A program made the translations under genes and the position numbers. 64,000 bases of DNA. Source: an uncultured virus (IMG/VR IMGVR_UViG_3300025009_000095) (Duplodnaviria; Heunggongvirae; Uroviricota; Caudoviricetes). Below the pieces are notes generated by a model, which made no database searches, was not told the DNA's origin, and saw only the letters and a program-made list of their open reading frames with translations. The DNA is taken from the IMG/VR virus record IMGVR_UViG_3300025009_000095; one strand, written 5' to 3'. The first letter of the stretch is position 1, and each line of letters opens with the position of its first letter. Of the stretch, positions 54,582 to 64,000 are shown piece by piece.

Positions 54582-56753
54582 ATGGCAATCCCAACTTACG
54601 AATCCCCTGATCCCGCACAGGTGGCACGCCTGGGCGCTCAAGGAGTGCAAGATGAAACCTTATCACCTGATTTGGAGTTATCTAATATTGCTGGCAATCC
54701 TCCTGTTTGGGCATCTGAGCAACCCGTGGAAGAAATCCTCGCAGAGCAAGCTCAGCCCATAGATCAAGTAACTGAACAGTTAATTCAGAAGGAAGTTCTT
54801 CGCGCAGAGGCCTTAGTCTTAGTAAGCAACATTGCAGACAAGCAGTCCAAAGATGTTCTCTCTGACATAACAACCAGGTCTCTTGAAGGTTATAAGATAG
54901 ATCTAGCTTCACGGACTGAGTGGGAAGAACTCAATAAGCAAATCATTGACCTTGCTAAGCTTCATGTCAAGAAGAAAACTTATGCTGGCGAAGTCGTAGC
55001 AAACGTCAAGTACCCGCTGATTATTAATGCGTGCATGCAATTCGCAAGTCGTGCATACCCAGAGCTGATCAAGGGCAACAACGTAGTTCGAGGAAAAGTA
55101 ATAGGCAATGATCCAACTGGGGCAAAACTTGAGAAGTCTCAGCGCATTAGCGAATTCATGTCTTTCCAGCTTCTTTCGCATATGGAAGGCTGGGAAGAGG
55201 GCGTAGATCAACTTCTCTTCACACTTCCTGCGATTGGTTGTGCGTTCAAGAAGAGTTACTTTGATAGTATTGAGCGGAAGAACATTTCCTCATTGGTTTT
55301 TGCTGATGACCTGGTAGTTAATTACTTTGCTGAATCACTTGAACGTGCTCCACGAGTTACACATAAGATTTATCTTTACCATAATGAAATTGTCGAAAGA
55401 ATAACCTCAGGAACGTTTGTTAAGTTTGACATCAAGGAACTTGGCCAGGCAACGTCAGATAAAACTCCTGATGTAGATGATGAGACGCCGCATCTGTTTC
55501 TTGAGCAGCATCGCTGGTATGATCTAGACAAAGATGGCTATCAAGAGCCTTACATAGTTACCATTCATGAAGCAACACAGAAGCTGGTCAGGATTTCTCC
55601 TCGCTGGGCGTCTGATGGAGTTATCAGGACGAACAATGATCAGGGCATTCAAGATCCTGATGGAGCAATAGTTAAGATCATTCCTGAGCAGTACTTTACG
55701 CGCTACTTGTTCATGCCGGCCATTGATGGTGGTTTTTATGGCATGGGCTTTGGCAGCTTGTTGATGAGCACGAATGCAGCCATCAACACGTTACTTAATC
55801 AGCTGATTGACGCAGGAACATTAAGTAATCGTCAGTCAGGGTTTCTTGGGCGTGGCTTACGGTTAGGTCGCGGCAAATCTATTCAGCTGAAGTCTGGTGA
55901 GTGGAAACCAGTTGATGTTACTGGAGATGATCTGCGGAAGAATGTCTTTCCAATGCCAGTCAGAGAACCAAGCACAACGTTGTTTCAGTTGCTTGGCTTA
56001 TTGATTGAAAGTGGTAAAGAACTTGCAGGGATGACTGAGATCTTGTCAGGAAATTCTCCTGGAGCAAACGTTCCTGCAGAAAGTGTTCTTGCCCTGATTG
56101 AACAAGGCTTACAAGTTTACTCGGCAGTTCATAAGAGAATCCACCGCGCGCAGTACAAGGAATTTGCAAAGATCAAACGGCTCAATGCTCTTTATCTTGA
56201 TCAAATGACTTATGGTCTTGTCCTTGATGACCAGCAAGCAATTGTTCAGGCAGACTTCTCGAGTCATGACTTTGACATCGAGCCAGTAAGTGATCCGAAT
56301 GCTACGACAATGGTGCAGAGGCTGCTTAAGGCTAAAGCACTTCTTGATCTTCGTGGAGAAGGTCTTGATGATCAGGAGATTTTGCGACGTTACTTGATTG
56401 CACTTGATATTGAAGACATTGAAGCATTCTTTCCTGAAGGTGAGAAACCTGAAGAACAATTAGCAATGCAGAAACTGCAGCTTGAACTTGAAGAGTTAAA
56501 AGCTAAGATTGATAAAATAATGGCTGAAGCTGAAAAGATTCGTGCTGATATTCCAGGTGCACAAGTTAAACAGGTTAAGGATGTTGCTGGCATAGAGAAT
56601 GATGCGAGAAAGCTTGACATTGAAGAAAAGTCTGTAGAGAATCAAATTGAGCTTGGTAGAACTCAGATGAGTTTAGGTAAAGCACCAGGTGGCTTGAAAG
56701 AAAGTACAATGAAAAGAGAGTACTGGTTAGAGACTAACAATAAGGAGAAATGA
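54582..56753 (+). CDS. Portal protein
   Basis: 723 aa after terL; FYGMG...NQLIDAGTLSN; C-terminal coiled-coil barrel. Confidence 0.85.
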   Translation: MAIPTYESPDPAQVARLGAQGVQDETLSPDLELSNIAGNPPVWASEQPVEEILAEQAQPIDQVTEQLIQKEVLRAEALVLVSNIADKQSKDVLSDITTRSLEGYKIDLASRTEWEELNKQIIDLAKLHVKKKTYAGEVVANVKYPLIINACMQFASRAYPELIKGNNVVRGKVIGNDPTGAKLEKSQRISEFMSFQLLSHMEGWEEGVDQLLFTLPAIGCAFKKSYFDSIERKNISSLVFADDLVVNYFAESLERAPRVTHKIYLYHNEIVERITSGTFVKFDIKELGQATSDKTPDVDDETPHLFLEQHRWYDLDKDGYQEPYIVTIHEATQKLVRISPRWASDGVIRTNNDQGIQDPDGAIVKIIPEQYFTRYLFMPAIDGGFYGMGFGSLLMSTNAAINTLLNQLIDAGTLSNRQSGFLGRGLRLGRGKSIQLKSGEWKPVDVTGDDLRKNVFPMPVREPSTTLFQLLGLLIESGKELAGMTEILSGNSPGANVPAESVLALIEQGLQVYSAVHKRIHRAQYKEFAKIKRLNALYLDQMTYGLVLDDQQAIVQADFSSHDFDIEPVSDPNATTMVQRLLKAKALLDLRGEGLDDQEILRRYLIALDIEDIEAFFPEGEKPEEQLAMQKLQLELEELKAKIDKIMAEAEKIRADIPGAQVKQVKDVAGIENDARKLDIEEKSVENQIELGRTQMSLGKAPGGLKESTMKREYWLETNNKEK

Positions 56754-56754
56754 T

Positions 56755-56964
56755 ATGGAAGAGTATCAAGAAAGAGTTTTAGTTGAACAAAAAGAACTTG
56801 GTGAAAAGATTATTAAGTTAACTACATTTCTTATAAATGCTGAGAAAATGAAAGTTTTGGGAGAGCAGGAATGGAAACAACTTAATCTTCAACTTGAAGC
56901 AATGCTTGAATATCATTTAATATTAATAATTAGAATAAGAAATTATAGGGAGCCCCTTCAATGA
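56755..56964 (+). CDS. Small helical phage protein (crAss001_48-like)
   Basis: YQERVLVEQKEL..KI.KL..F...QLEAM..Y..IL..RI. Confidence 0.6.
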   Translation: MEEYQERVLVEQKELGEKIIKLTTFLINAEKMKVLGEQEWKQLNLQLEAMLEYHLILIIRIRNYREPLQ

Positions 56965-57215
56965 TAAGCGCTGAACAGTTTGCAGAATGGAAAACACATC
57001 CAGTGACGAAAGAGATTTTTGGTGAAATTGAGCAGGTTAAAAAAGAGCTTGTAGCTCAAATGATTCATGGAAGCACTATTGGATATACTGCAGAAGAAAC
57101 TCATGGTATGACTCATCATATGATTGGGCATATAGAAGGACTTGATCAGCTGTTAAATATTTCTTATGCGAACGAAAAAGTTGTTGATGAAGTAAGCGAT
57201 CAGAGTGGGTATTAA
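56961..57215 (+). CDS. Hypothetical head-module protein
   Basis: FAEWKTHPVTK motif; post-portal position. Confidence 0.55.
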   Translation: MISAEQFAEWKTHPVTKEIFGEIEQVKKELVAQMIHGSTIGYTAEETHGMTHHMIGHIEGLDQLLNISYANEKVVDEVSDQSGY

Positions 57216-57216
57216 T

Positions 57217-57423
57217 ATGCTTGATACTGATTTAATAACTCATGATGTTGCAGCATTTAATATTTTTCTTATTGGTGAAATGCTTGGTATTGAAGTTCCA
57301 GTAAATGAAAAACAAACAGAAATATTTTTAACTGCAATTAAAGAAAGAATTAAGGCACAGCAAAAGCAAATTAAGAATGTTAAAGAGTTTAAAGCTGCGT
57401 TAGATAACTTGAGATATTTATAA
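57217..57423 (+). CDS. Hypothetical protein
   Basis: AT-rich ORF. Confidence 0.4.
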   Translation: MLDTDLITHDVAAFNIFLIGEMLGIEVPVNEKQTEIFLTAIKERIKAQQKQIKNVKEFKAALDNLRYL

Positions 57424-57455
57424 TAAGAATAACAATTATTTAAAAGGGTAATATT

Positions 57456-57782
57456 ATGCAAGAACAAGACATTAATCAATCAGGGATCTTGCCTACTGGT
57501 GGGCACCTGCTAGTCCTTCCTGATAAGGTTGAGGAAAAGACTGCTGGCGGAATTTACCTGCCTCAGACTACACGTGACAAGGAGCAACTTGCTGCTACAG
57601 TTGGAAGGTTGATTGCAGTTGGGCCTGGTGCCTGGACTGATCTTGATGATGGACAACCATGGGCTATAGTAGGCGACAAGGTCAGTTATGCTAGGCATGC
57701 TGGAGTTGCGATGACTGGTCAAGATGGTCAAGATTACGTATTGATTAATGATAATGATGTACTTGCAAAATTACTTTTTTAA
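57456..57782 (+). CDS. groES: Co-chaperonin GroES (Cpn10)
   Basis: EEKTAGGIYLP mobile loop, IAVGPG, VGDKV, LINDNDVLA. Confidence 0.9.
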   Translation: MQEQDINQSGILPTGGHLLVLPDKVEEKTAGGIYLPQTTRDKEQLAATVGRLIAVGPGAWTDLDDGQPWAIVGDKVSYARHAGVAMTGQDGQDYVLINDNDVLAKLLF

Positions 57783-57794
57783 ATAGAGGTTATC

Positions 57795-58727
57795 ATGGCA
57801 GAAGAATTTATTAATGACATTATTGCGGCAGAGCCAGCAGTAACAACTGTTGCTCCTCCTGATCCAGCTACTGTTAAGGCTCCTGAGAAGCAAGAGGATG
57901 CTGAGGCTAGCAAGGCTACGAATGTGGGCGGAGCCCACCCGATTCCAGCTAAGACTGAGGAAGCTTCTGGTAATGAGCTGCCTGGTGTTAAGGAACTGGC
58001 TGCACAGCTTGGTTGGCGTGAAGATCATCAGGGTGAAGATGCTGTTGATGCTGTGACTTATATTTTGAGATCGAAAGATATTCAAAAATCTATGAGTCAG
58101 CATAATAAGGACTTGAAGGAACAGCTTCAGACTTTGAATGGTTCTGTTGAAGCATTGAAGAAACATAATGAAACTGTTTATAAGGCAGAGGTAAAGAAGC
58201 TTGAGGCTGAAGTTGCTGTACTGAAGAAGGAACGTAAAAGTGCTATTGAGTTGGCTGATGTTGATAAGGTTGAAGAACTTGATAAGCAGATTGATGAGTT
58301 GCAAAAAGATATTGCTGCACCGAAAGTTGAAGAGAAAAAAACAAGTTCTACTAATGATAATCCTGCTTATGATGTATGGATAAAGGATAATCAGTGGTAT
58401 TTGAAAGATGATGAAATGGCAAAGTTTGCTGATAGTGTTGCTCAGCAATATGTTGGAGCGCCGCTTGATCGACTTTATAAAATAGTCAGAACTAAGGTAC
58501 AGGAAGTTTTTCCTGATAAGTTTGAAGTAGTTAAACCAGCTAGTCAAGTTAAATCTCCTATAGGGCCTAAGAGTCCTGTTGAAGGATCTTCTGCAAAAGG
58601 AAATAGTGCTACTTTTACTAAGGCTGATTTGACTCCTGCTCAAATTAATATTATGAATCAGTTTGCTAGACTTAATATTATGAGCGAAGAAGCCTATATT
58701 AATGATGTTGCAAAGATGCAAGAATAG
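57795..58727 (+). CDS. Capsid scaffolding protein
   Basis: Acidic coiled coil, AAQLGW and WIKDNQWY motifs; upstream of capsid genes. Confidence 0.65.
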   Translation: MAEEFINDIIAAEPAVTTVAPPDPATVKAPEKQEDAEASKATNVGGAHPIPAKTEEASGNELPGVKELAAQLGWREDHQGEDAVDAVTYILRSKDIQKSMSQHNKDLKEQLQTLNGSVEALKKHNETVYKAEVKKLEAEVAVLKKERKSAIELADVDKVEELDKQIDELQKDIAAPKVEEKKTSSTNDNPAYDVWIKDNQWYLKDDEMAKFADSVAQQYVGAPLDRLYKIVRTKVQEVFPDKFEVVKPASQVKSPIGPKSPVEGSSAKGNSATFTKADLTPAQINIMNQFARLNIMSEEAYINDVAKMQE

Positions 58728-58738
58728 GAGATACGAGA

Positions 58739-59167
58739 ATGGCTGAGCAAGCAAATGCACAAGTAAATGAAAAACCTAAGAGTGTTAATGGTGAGCAACC
58801 AAGAAAAAGAATTCCTCTTGGTACACGGAATATCTTAACTGCACCGAAAAAGCCCGGATTCGTGCGCCGGTTTGTGAATGACAAGGGTGATAGGGTTGAG
58901 AATTTTAAAGCTGCTGGTTGGAATCTCGTTGATGAAGCAGTTCAGGTTGGTGATTCGAAGATTGGACGGGCTTCTTCTACTGGGAGTCTTGTGAATCCTC
59001 ATGTTGGTGGTGGTCAACGAGCTGTGTTGATGGAGATTCCAGAAAATCTTTATAATGAAGATCGAGCAGCATCGCAAGCAGCGATTACTAGGGTTGAGAA
59101 TGAGATTAAGAGAAACTCAAAAACTCCTGGTAAGGATGGTTTAGGTGGAGAAATAAGTATTTCATAA
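58739..59167 (+). CDS. Head-module protein
   Basis: GFVRRFVND...GW...AVLMEIP. Confidence 0.55.
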   Translation: MAEQANAQVNEKPKSVNGEQPRKRIPLGTRNILTAPKKPGFVRRFVNDKGDRVENFKAAGWNLVDEAVQVGDSKIGRASSTGSLVNPHVGGGQRAVLMEIPENLYNEDRAASQAAITRVENEIKRNSKTPGKDGLGGEISIS

Positions 59168-59193
59168 ATTGTTAACATTAATGGAGTTATATT

Positions 59194-59784
59194 ATGGCAA
59201 ATCTTGATACTCCATTCGGGTTTAAACCAGTTAAGCATTTACTGGGTACTCCCTGGAATGGAAAGACTAATGTTTATTATGTTCCTAGTACTGATGGGAC
59301 TGCAATTTTTAAAGGTGATGCAGTTAAAGGTGCTGGTTCTGCTGATGCTACTGGTAAGTTTCCTTCGGTAGCACAGGCTGCTGCTGGTGATCTTATTCGT
59401 GGTGTTGTTGTTGGTTTTGGTGATAATCCTTATACGATGCTTCATCCTGATACACCGAATCGCGATTATCGCCCTGCGTCAACTGCTATGTATGTTTTTG
59501 TAGTTGATGATCCGTTTGTTATTTTTGAAATTCAGGAAGATAGTACTGGTAATAATCTTGCTGCTGCTCAGGTAGGTCTTTCTGCGAATGTTGTTGTAGG
59601 AACTGGCAGTACTGCTACTGGTAAGAGTGCAATGGAACTTGATTCAAGTGATACTGCTACTGATACTACTGGTCAGTGCAAGATTTTGCGTGTCGTTGAT
59701 CGTGAAGATAATGCACTTGGAACAAATTGCAAATGGGAAGTTCTCATTGTTGAGCATGAATTGTTAGTCGCAACTGACGTATAA
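59194..59784 (+). CDS. Capsid decoration/minor capsid protein
   Basis: MANLDTPFGFKPV...IFKGDAV...VVDDP; immediately before the major capsid gene. Confidence 0.6.
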   Translation: MANLDTPFGFKPVKHLLGTPWNGKTNVYYVPSTDGTAIFKGDAVKGAGSADATGKFPSVAQAAAGDLIRGVVVGFGDNPYTMLHPDTPNRDYRPASTAMYVFVVDDPFVIFEIQEDSTGNNLAAAQVGLSANVVVGTGSTATGKSAMELDSSDTATDTTGQCKILRVVDREDNALGTNCKWEVLIVEHELLVATDV

Positions 59785-59795
59785 GGAGATTACTG

Positions 59796-60719
59796 ATGGG
59801 AATTATTACTACTAGCAATTTTGCTAAAGATTTGGTACCAGGTGTAAAGACCTGGTTTGGGCAGAAATATAAAGAGTATCCAATTGAGTATCTGGATATC
59901 TTTGAGAAAGGAACTTCGACGAAGGCTTTTGAAGAAGAGGTTGGAGTTACTGGTTTTGGTCTTGCTGCGGTTAAAACTGAGGGTGCGGGCGTTGCTTATG
60001 ATGATCAGGAGCAAGGCTTTGTAAGTCGTTATACGCATATTACGTATGGTCTTGGTTTTATCATTACTCGTGAGATGTATGAGGATGGTATTGCGGTGAC
60101 TGTTGCGCTGCGAAGGGCAAGTGCTCTTGCTTTTTCTATTCGGCAGACTAAGGAAATGGTTGGTGCGAATGTTCTTAATCGTGCATTTACTTCTACTTAT
60201 ACTATGGGTTCTAATTCTGATGGTAAGGAGCTTTGTGCTACTGATCATCCGAATAAGTCTGGTGGTACTTGGAGTAATGAACTTGCTACTGCTGCCGATT
60301 TGAGTGAAGCTGCTTTGGAACAAGCTTGTATTGATATTGGTGCTTTTAAGACTGACCGGGGTTTGACGATTGCTATTATGCCCCAGAAACTGATTATTCC
60401 TTCTGCGCTTGAGTTTGATGCGTTTAGGATTCTTGAGTCGATTGGGCAGTCTGGATCGGCTAATAATGATATTAATGCTTTGAGAGCTTCTAAGAAGTTC
60501 CCGCAGGGTGTTAAGGTTAATCATTATCTGACTGATGCTGATGCGTGGTTTATTGGGACTAATTGTCCTGATGGGCTCAAGTACATGGAACGGCGTGCTG
60601 ATGCATTTGGAACTGAGAATGACTTTGATACTGAGAATGCAAAGTTTAAAGCTACGTTCCGTGGAAGTTTTGGTTGGTCTGATCCGCGAGGAATTTTTGG
60701 TTCTCCTGGTGCAGCATAA
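59796..60719 (+). CDS. Major capsid protein
   Basis: 307 aa; DGKELCATDHP, PQKLIIP, FGWSDPRGIFGSPG; strongly T-ending codons. Confidence 0.85.
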   Translation: MGIITTSNFAKDLVPGVKTWFGQKYKEYPIEYLDIFEKGTSTKAFEEEVGVTGFGLAAVKTEGAGVAYDDQEQGFVSRYTHITYGLGFIITREMYEDGIAVTVALRRASALAFSIRQTKEMVGANVLNRAFTSTYTMGSNSDGKELCATDHPNKSGGTWSNELATAADLSEAALEQACIDIGAFKTDRGLTIAIMPQKLIIPSALEFDAFRILESIGQSGSANNDINALRASKKFPQGVKVNHYLTDADAWFIGTNCPDGLKYMERRADAFGTENDFDTENAKFKATFRGSFGWSDPRGIFGSPGAA

Positions 60720-60816
60720 TAAACTTGGCGTTCATAATTGAACAACCAAACTAATTTTAATACTGGCGTTGGTAGGACCCAATCTACCAACGCTGCTCTA
60801 AACAAGGAGTGGTAAA

Positions 60817-61221
60817 ATGGGAAAGTATTCTTTTGGTAAAAATGGTCCTACATTCAATGGTGCTTCAATAGCTCCTGCATTTAATTCAGTTACTACTACT
60901 GCAACTCCTGCTACAGGTTCCTGTGCAGTTCAATTTGTTTTCAAAGATGTTAATGGCAATGCTCTTATTGCTCCTGTTTCTGGGTTGCTTTATTTAAGTG
61001 AAGTAGCTACTGGACTGACAAATGATTTGGCTGATACGACTTTAGCTGTATTGACTAATGGTGCACTTAAGAATCTTGGTAGTGCTGGTCCAAGTTTGTT
61101 TACTACTACTGCTGCCGGATTATTAGGTCTTACTATTACTGCGGTTGCTGATAGTTATTGGGTTGTTTTTGTTAAACCTGATGGTTCTCTTTTGATATCT
61201 GATGTTTGTACTGTAAATTAA
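60817..61221 (+). CDS. Putative capsid-associated protein
   Basis: AAGGAG RBS; T/A-rich; same codon bias as capsid gene. Confidence 0.5.
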   Translation: MGKYSFGKNGPTFNGASIAPAFNSVTTTATPATGSCAVQFVFKDVNGNALIAPVSGLLYLSEVATGLTNDLADTTLAVLTNGALKNLGSAGPSLFTTTAAGLLGLTITAVADSYWVVFVKPDGSLLISDVCTVN

Positions 61222-61233
61222 TTCAAGTATATT

Positions 61234-61273
61234 AAAGTCCATAGTAATAGATTAATAATTACTATGGGCTTTT
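61234..61273 (+). terminator. Probable (leaky) intrinsic terminator
   Basis: AAAGTCCATAGTAAT-N9-ATTACTATGGGCTTTT. Confidence 0.55.
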
Positions 61274-61282
61274 GGAGGAATC

Positions 61283-61591
61283 ATGAGAGCAAAAACACTA
61301 ATAGCGCCAACAGAAGCTGCTGCAAAAAAGATATTAATTATTGATAGTTTAAATCTTAATGGATCAATTTCTATTGTAGGACTTGTTACTACTGAAAGTG
61401 TTGCTATTGAGATTCCTAAAGTAGAAAATCCCGACGTAAGTACTGATACTGATTGGACACCACTTGTTTATGATGGGACTACTTATGTTTTAGATGTAGA
61501 TAATAATAGGAGAAGTATTCCTTTTCGTGGGACATATAGAATTTCTAAGCCTGCAAGTAATGGTAATGCATTTGGAATAGGGTTTGAATAA
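61283..61591 (+). CDS. Hypothetical virion protein
   Basis: GGAGG RBS; beta-rich. Confidence 0.5.
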   Translation: MRAKTLIAPTEAAAKKILIIDSLNLNGSISIVGLVTTESVAIEIPKVENPDVSTDTDWTPLVYDGTTYVLDVDNNRRSIPFRGTYRISKPASNGNAFGIGFE

Positions 61592-62016
61592 TGTTTAGCT
61601 CGCCATTTATAAATCCATTTAATAGTCCTTTTATAGGATTGAATCGGTATGGGAGTTCTTACGCCACAACCTTCGGTAGTTATGCAGCGGTGCCCCTTGA
61701 TACGGTTGTTATGTCGAGGACTATTCAGACACAGGCAACAGGCGCAATCAGCATCACGGCGGACCTGTCCGGGACCGGAGAATATCAGATTAACGGGGGG
61801 CTGTGGACTTCGGCTCCGGGGACTGTTGTCCCAGGAGACTTGATACGGGCGAGGCTGACCAGCTCGGCGCTGTATGAAACGTTGTCTGCCCTTGAGATAA
61901 CCATTGATGGTGTTGCTGATACGTTCAGCGTGACGACCGTAGTGGAGAGCATTGACCTGTTCGCGCACTATACTGGTGAAGAGAACTACACCGATACCAA
62001 CCATTATACGGATTAA
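61591..62016 (+). CDS. Ig-like/beta-sandwich domain protein
   Basis: GEYQINGG.WTS..G.V..GD...RLTSS...TIDGVADTFSVTT surface-protein repeat unit. Confidence 0.5.
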   Translation: MFSSPFINPFNSPFIGLNRYGSSYATTFGSYAAVPLDTVVMSRTIQTQATGAISITADLSGTGEYQINGGLWTSAPGTVVPGDLIRARLTSSALYETLSALEITIDGVADTFSVTTVVESIDLFAHYTGEENYTDTNHYTD

Positions 62017-62019
62017 GAT

Positions 62020-64000
62020 ATGAAAAAAATATTGTTAGTAGCGGCACTGTTACTCGTAGCTTCTCCAGTTTTTGCAGAACAAGGGGACATCACGGTTGGG
62101 ACCGCTGAAGCAAGCGCCAGCCTTGATACGAACTTTGCTAATGCTCAAGCAAACTTTACTGAGTTGTATGGATGGGTAGACCAGGGGGTAAAATCTACGA
62201 ATTCGCCAGTCTTTGCAGGTGTAAACCTTGGAGTTGCTTCAACCACAACAGGACTGCTTAACTTCTACGGCAACACCAAGGCATTCCCTTTCGGGCTGTT
62301 CTCCCAAGGTGCTGACTCTCCTGGGATAGGACTTCGCCTTCCTTCTACAATGCCAACCGTGACATCAATTTTTATAGCTGATACTAATGGTTATATGGAT
62401 TATCTCGATCCAGCAGGGTTTGCCGCAGCTCTCACCTCTGACCAGAATTACGTGTCAGACGCGCAGATTACACTGCTCGAAAATACATCCGGGTCGAACA
62501 CCGGAGATCAAAGCGGAGCAACAGTAGCTTTTGCCGATACTGATAACCTATTCACAGCGACGATGATCGGTCCGGCAATAGAGGAATTTAACGACTCCAT
62601 CAATTCAGGCGTTCCAAATAGCACCGGAGCAAAGGTGCATTGGTCGCAGATCGCAGGGATGCCGGCCGTTTTTGCTGATGGTACGGATGATGGAGCTGCC
62701 GGAGAAGGAATATCCCACGCTACTTCTGATGGGGCATATTACGCCTCGAAAGACGGAGCGTGGGCCAGCCTTACAGGTCTATATCTGGCCGCAGGTGGCA
62801 CTGCGGCAAACTCAGCTCTTCTCGAAAATCATGCTGCCAGTTACTTCCAAACAGCACTTACTGATCCATTAGTCAGAGCAGACATAGACGATATTCCGGT
62901 AAACAGTGAGATCACTGGTCCAGTTTCTTCTAACTGGGCGTATGACCACGGCGCTGCCGCTGACCCACATATCGGTTATGCACTTGAGAGTGCACTCGGC
63001 ACAGCATCATCGCGCAACGCAGAGGATACCCTAACCGATGGGAGCAATCTCCCAGATGGTGCGGCGATCAAAGCGTATGGTGATGCAAATTGGGGCGGCG
63101 GATCTCTCCCGGATGGCACAGCAACCAACCAGCTTCTCCAGTGGAGTGGAACAGCGTGGGCACCAGTTAGTACAATCGCAGGTATAGGGAATATCTCAGG
63201 GGCGGGATCATATAATAAAGTAACGGTGACAGAGCCTGCAACAGGCGCGACACTCACCTTGGCTGATGGTTCAACGCTGGCTACATCAGGGGCGTATTCA
63301 CTTACACTGACTCAAACAGGCAACAGCAACGTAACATTACCGACCGCAGGCACTCTGGCAACGCTTTCCGATATCCCGGCTGGTTCTCTGCCAACCTGTT
63401 CCGTAGATACCCAGACGGTTGAGTGGGATACTACAACAAGCGATTGGATATGTGTTGATACGGTCAGCATTACAGCGGGAACGGGCATCACAATTAGCTC
63501 TGGTGCGATTTCTGTAACAGCCAACACGTACCAGCCACTTGACAGCGATCTGACCTCTATCGCCGCACTCACTACTAATGCCGTGGGCTTGAGCCTCCTT
63601 GACGACACGTCAACCTCTGCCCTGAGAACATCCATCGGCATGACAGCGAACGGGTCTTCTCTGGTCGTTGCGGCTGATTACGCAGCCATGCGGACCTTGC
63701 TTGATCTGGAGGCAGGAACCGACTTCAACTCTTATGATGAGGATTTGACAGACCTCGCAGACGGTTCACTTTCCGGCTCAAAAGTAGGCACCGGAATAAA
63801 CGGCGATAACGTGACATCCGGGACAATTGCTGATGCTCGGATTGCGTCAACAATCACCCGCACAGTAGCATCCGGCACGTCCGCCCTTGGTACCACAGAA
63901 ATAGCTTCAGGCGCGTGTGCTTCTGCCGTGACGACCTCCGCTACTGGAACCGCAACGACTGATGTTATCAATTGGGGATTTAATGGCGATCCTACAGGCG
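62020..64000 (+). CDS. Fibre-like protein with Sec signal peptide (3' partial, >660 aa, absent from ORF track)
   Basis: Frame read by hand is open to the window end; MKKILLVAALLLVASPVFA|EQ; fibre motifs ANFTELY, DPHIGY, QLLQWSGTAW, YQPLDSDLTSIAAL. Confidence 0.8.
   Translation, partial: MKKILLVAALLLVASPVFAEQGDITVGTAEASASLDTNFANAQANFTELYGWVDQGVKSTNSPVFAGVNLGVASTTTGLLNFYGNTKAFPFGLFSQGADSPGIGLRLPSTMPTVTSIFIADTNGYMDYLDPAGFAAALTSDQNYVSDAQITLLENTSGSNTGDQSGATVAFADTDNLFTATMIGPAIEEFNDSINSGVPNSTGAKVHWSQIAGMPAVFADGTDDGAAGEGISHATSDGAYYASKDGAWASLTGLYLAAGGTAANSALLENHAASYFQTALTDPLVRADIDDIPVNSEITGPVSSNWAYDHGAAADPHIGYALESALGTASSRNAEDTLTDGSNLPDGAAIKAYGDANWGGGSLPDGTATNQLLQWSGTAWAPVSTIAGIGNISGAGSYNKVTVTEPATGATLTLADGSTLATSGAYSLTLTQTGNSNVTLPTAGTLATLSDIPAGSLPTCSVDTQTVEWDTTTSDWICVDTVSITAGTGITISSGAISVTANTYQPLDSDLTSIAALTTNAVGLSLLDDTSTSALRTSIGMTANGSSLVVAADYAAMRTLLDLEAGTDFNSYDEDLTDLADGSLSGSKVGTGINGDNVTSGTIADARIASTITRTVASGTSALGTTEIASGACASAVTTSATGTATTDVINWGFNGDPTG

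Noticed and set aside
57771..60524. Long antisense ORFs (329 aa and 244 aa)
   Set aside because: Shadows of scaffold and capsid genes caused by strong codon bias; no RBS and unnatural composition
62672..63971. Short track ORFs at the right end
   Set aside because: They overlap the real open frame starting at 62020
1..64000. tRNA genes, integrase or prophage boundaries
   Set aside because: No cloverleaf with T-arm consensus, recombinase motif or host housekeeping genes were recognised by eye

Overview
The window is most of a tailed dsDNA phage genome, probably a lytic podovirus-like phage. It has a P22-type terminase and portal, and I saw no tape measure, sheath, integrase or CI-type repressor. 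The window appears to cut a circularly permuted genome inside the virion module. The + strand late arm runs 52238-64000 (terS, terL, portal, GroES, scaffold, capsid, fibre) and seems to continue at 1-21376 (exported proteins, holin-like genes, TraR/DksA, adaptor/tail proteins, a 1364-aa receptor-binding protein, ejection proteins). The - strand early/middle arm (51441 to 21416) encodes many small proteins plus an SF1 helicase, a PD-(D/E)XK nuclease, an AAA protein, an SSB-like protein, an NAD-dependent ligase, a dATP/dGTP diphosphohydrolase, a ParB-methyltransferase fusion, a UDG-fused family A polymerase, a DUF3987 helicase, a RepB-like primase, two DEDD exonucleases and ThyX. Most notable: (1) a GC-richer block of fibre/adhesin-like genes in the virion module whose products carry Sec or lipoprotein signal peptides, including a >660-aa fibre missed by the ORF track; (2) a shared ~20-aa C-terminal helical tag on four early proteins; (3) two different short-repeat arrays, each overlapping one of two paralogous sigma70 promoters near ribbon-helix-helix genes, one array being origin-like; (4) a dispersed GTTCA-N4-TGAAC palindrome; (5) a PolA with His at the 762-equivalent position. 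All calls come from reading motifs by eye; no searches were run.
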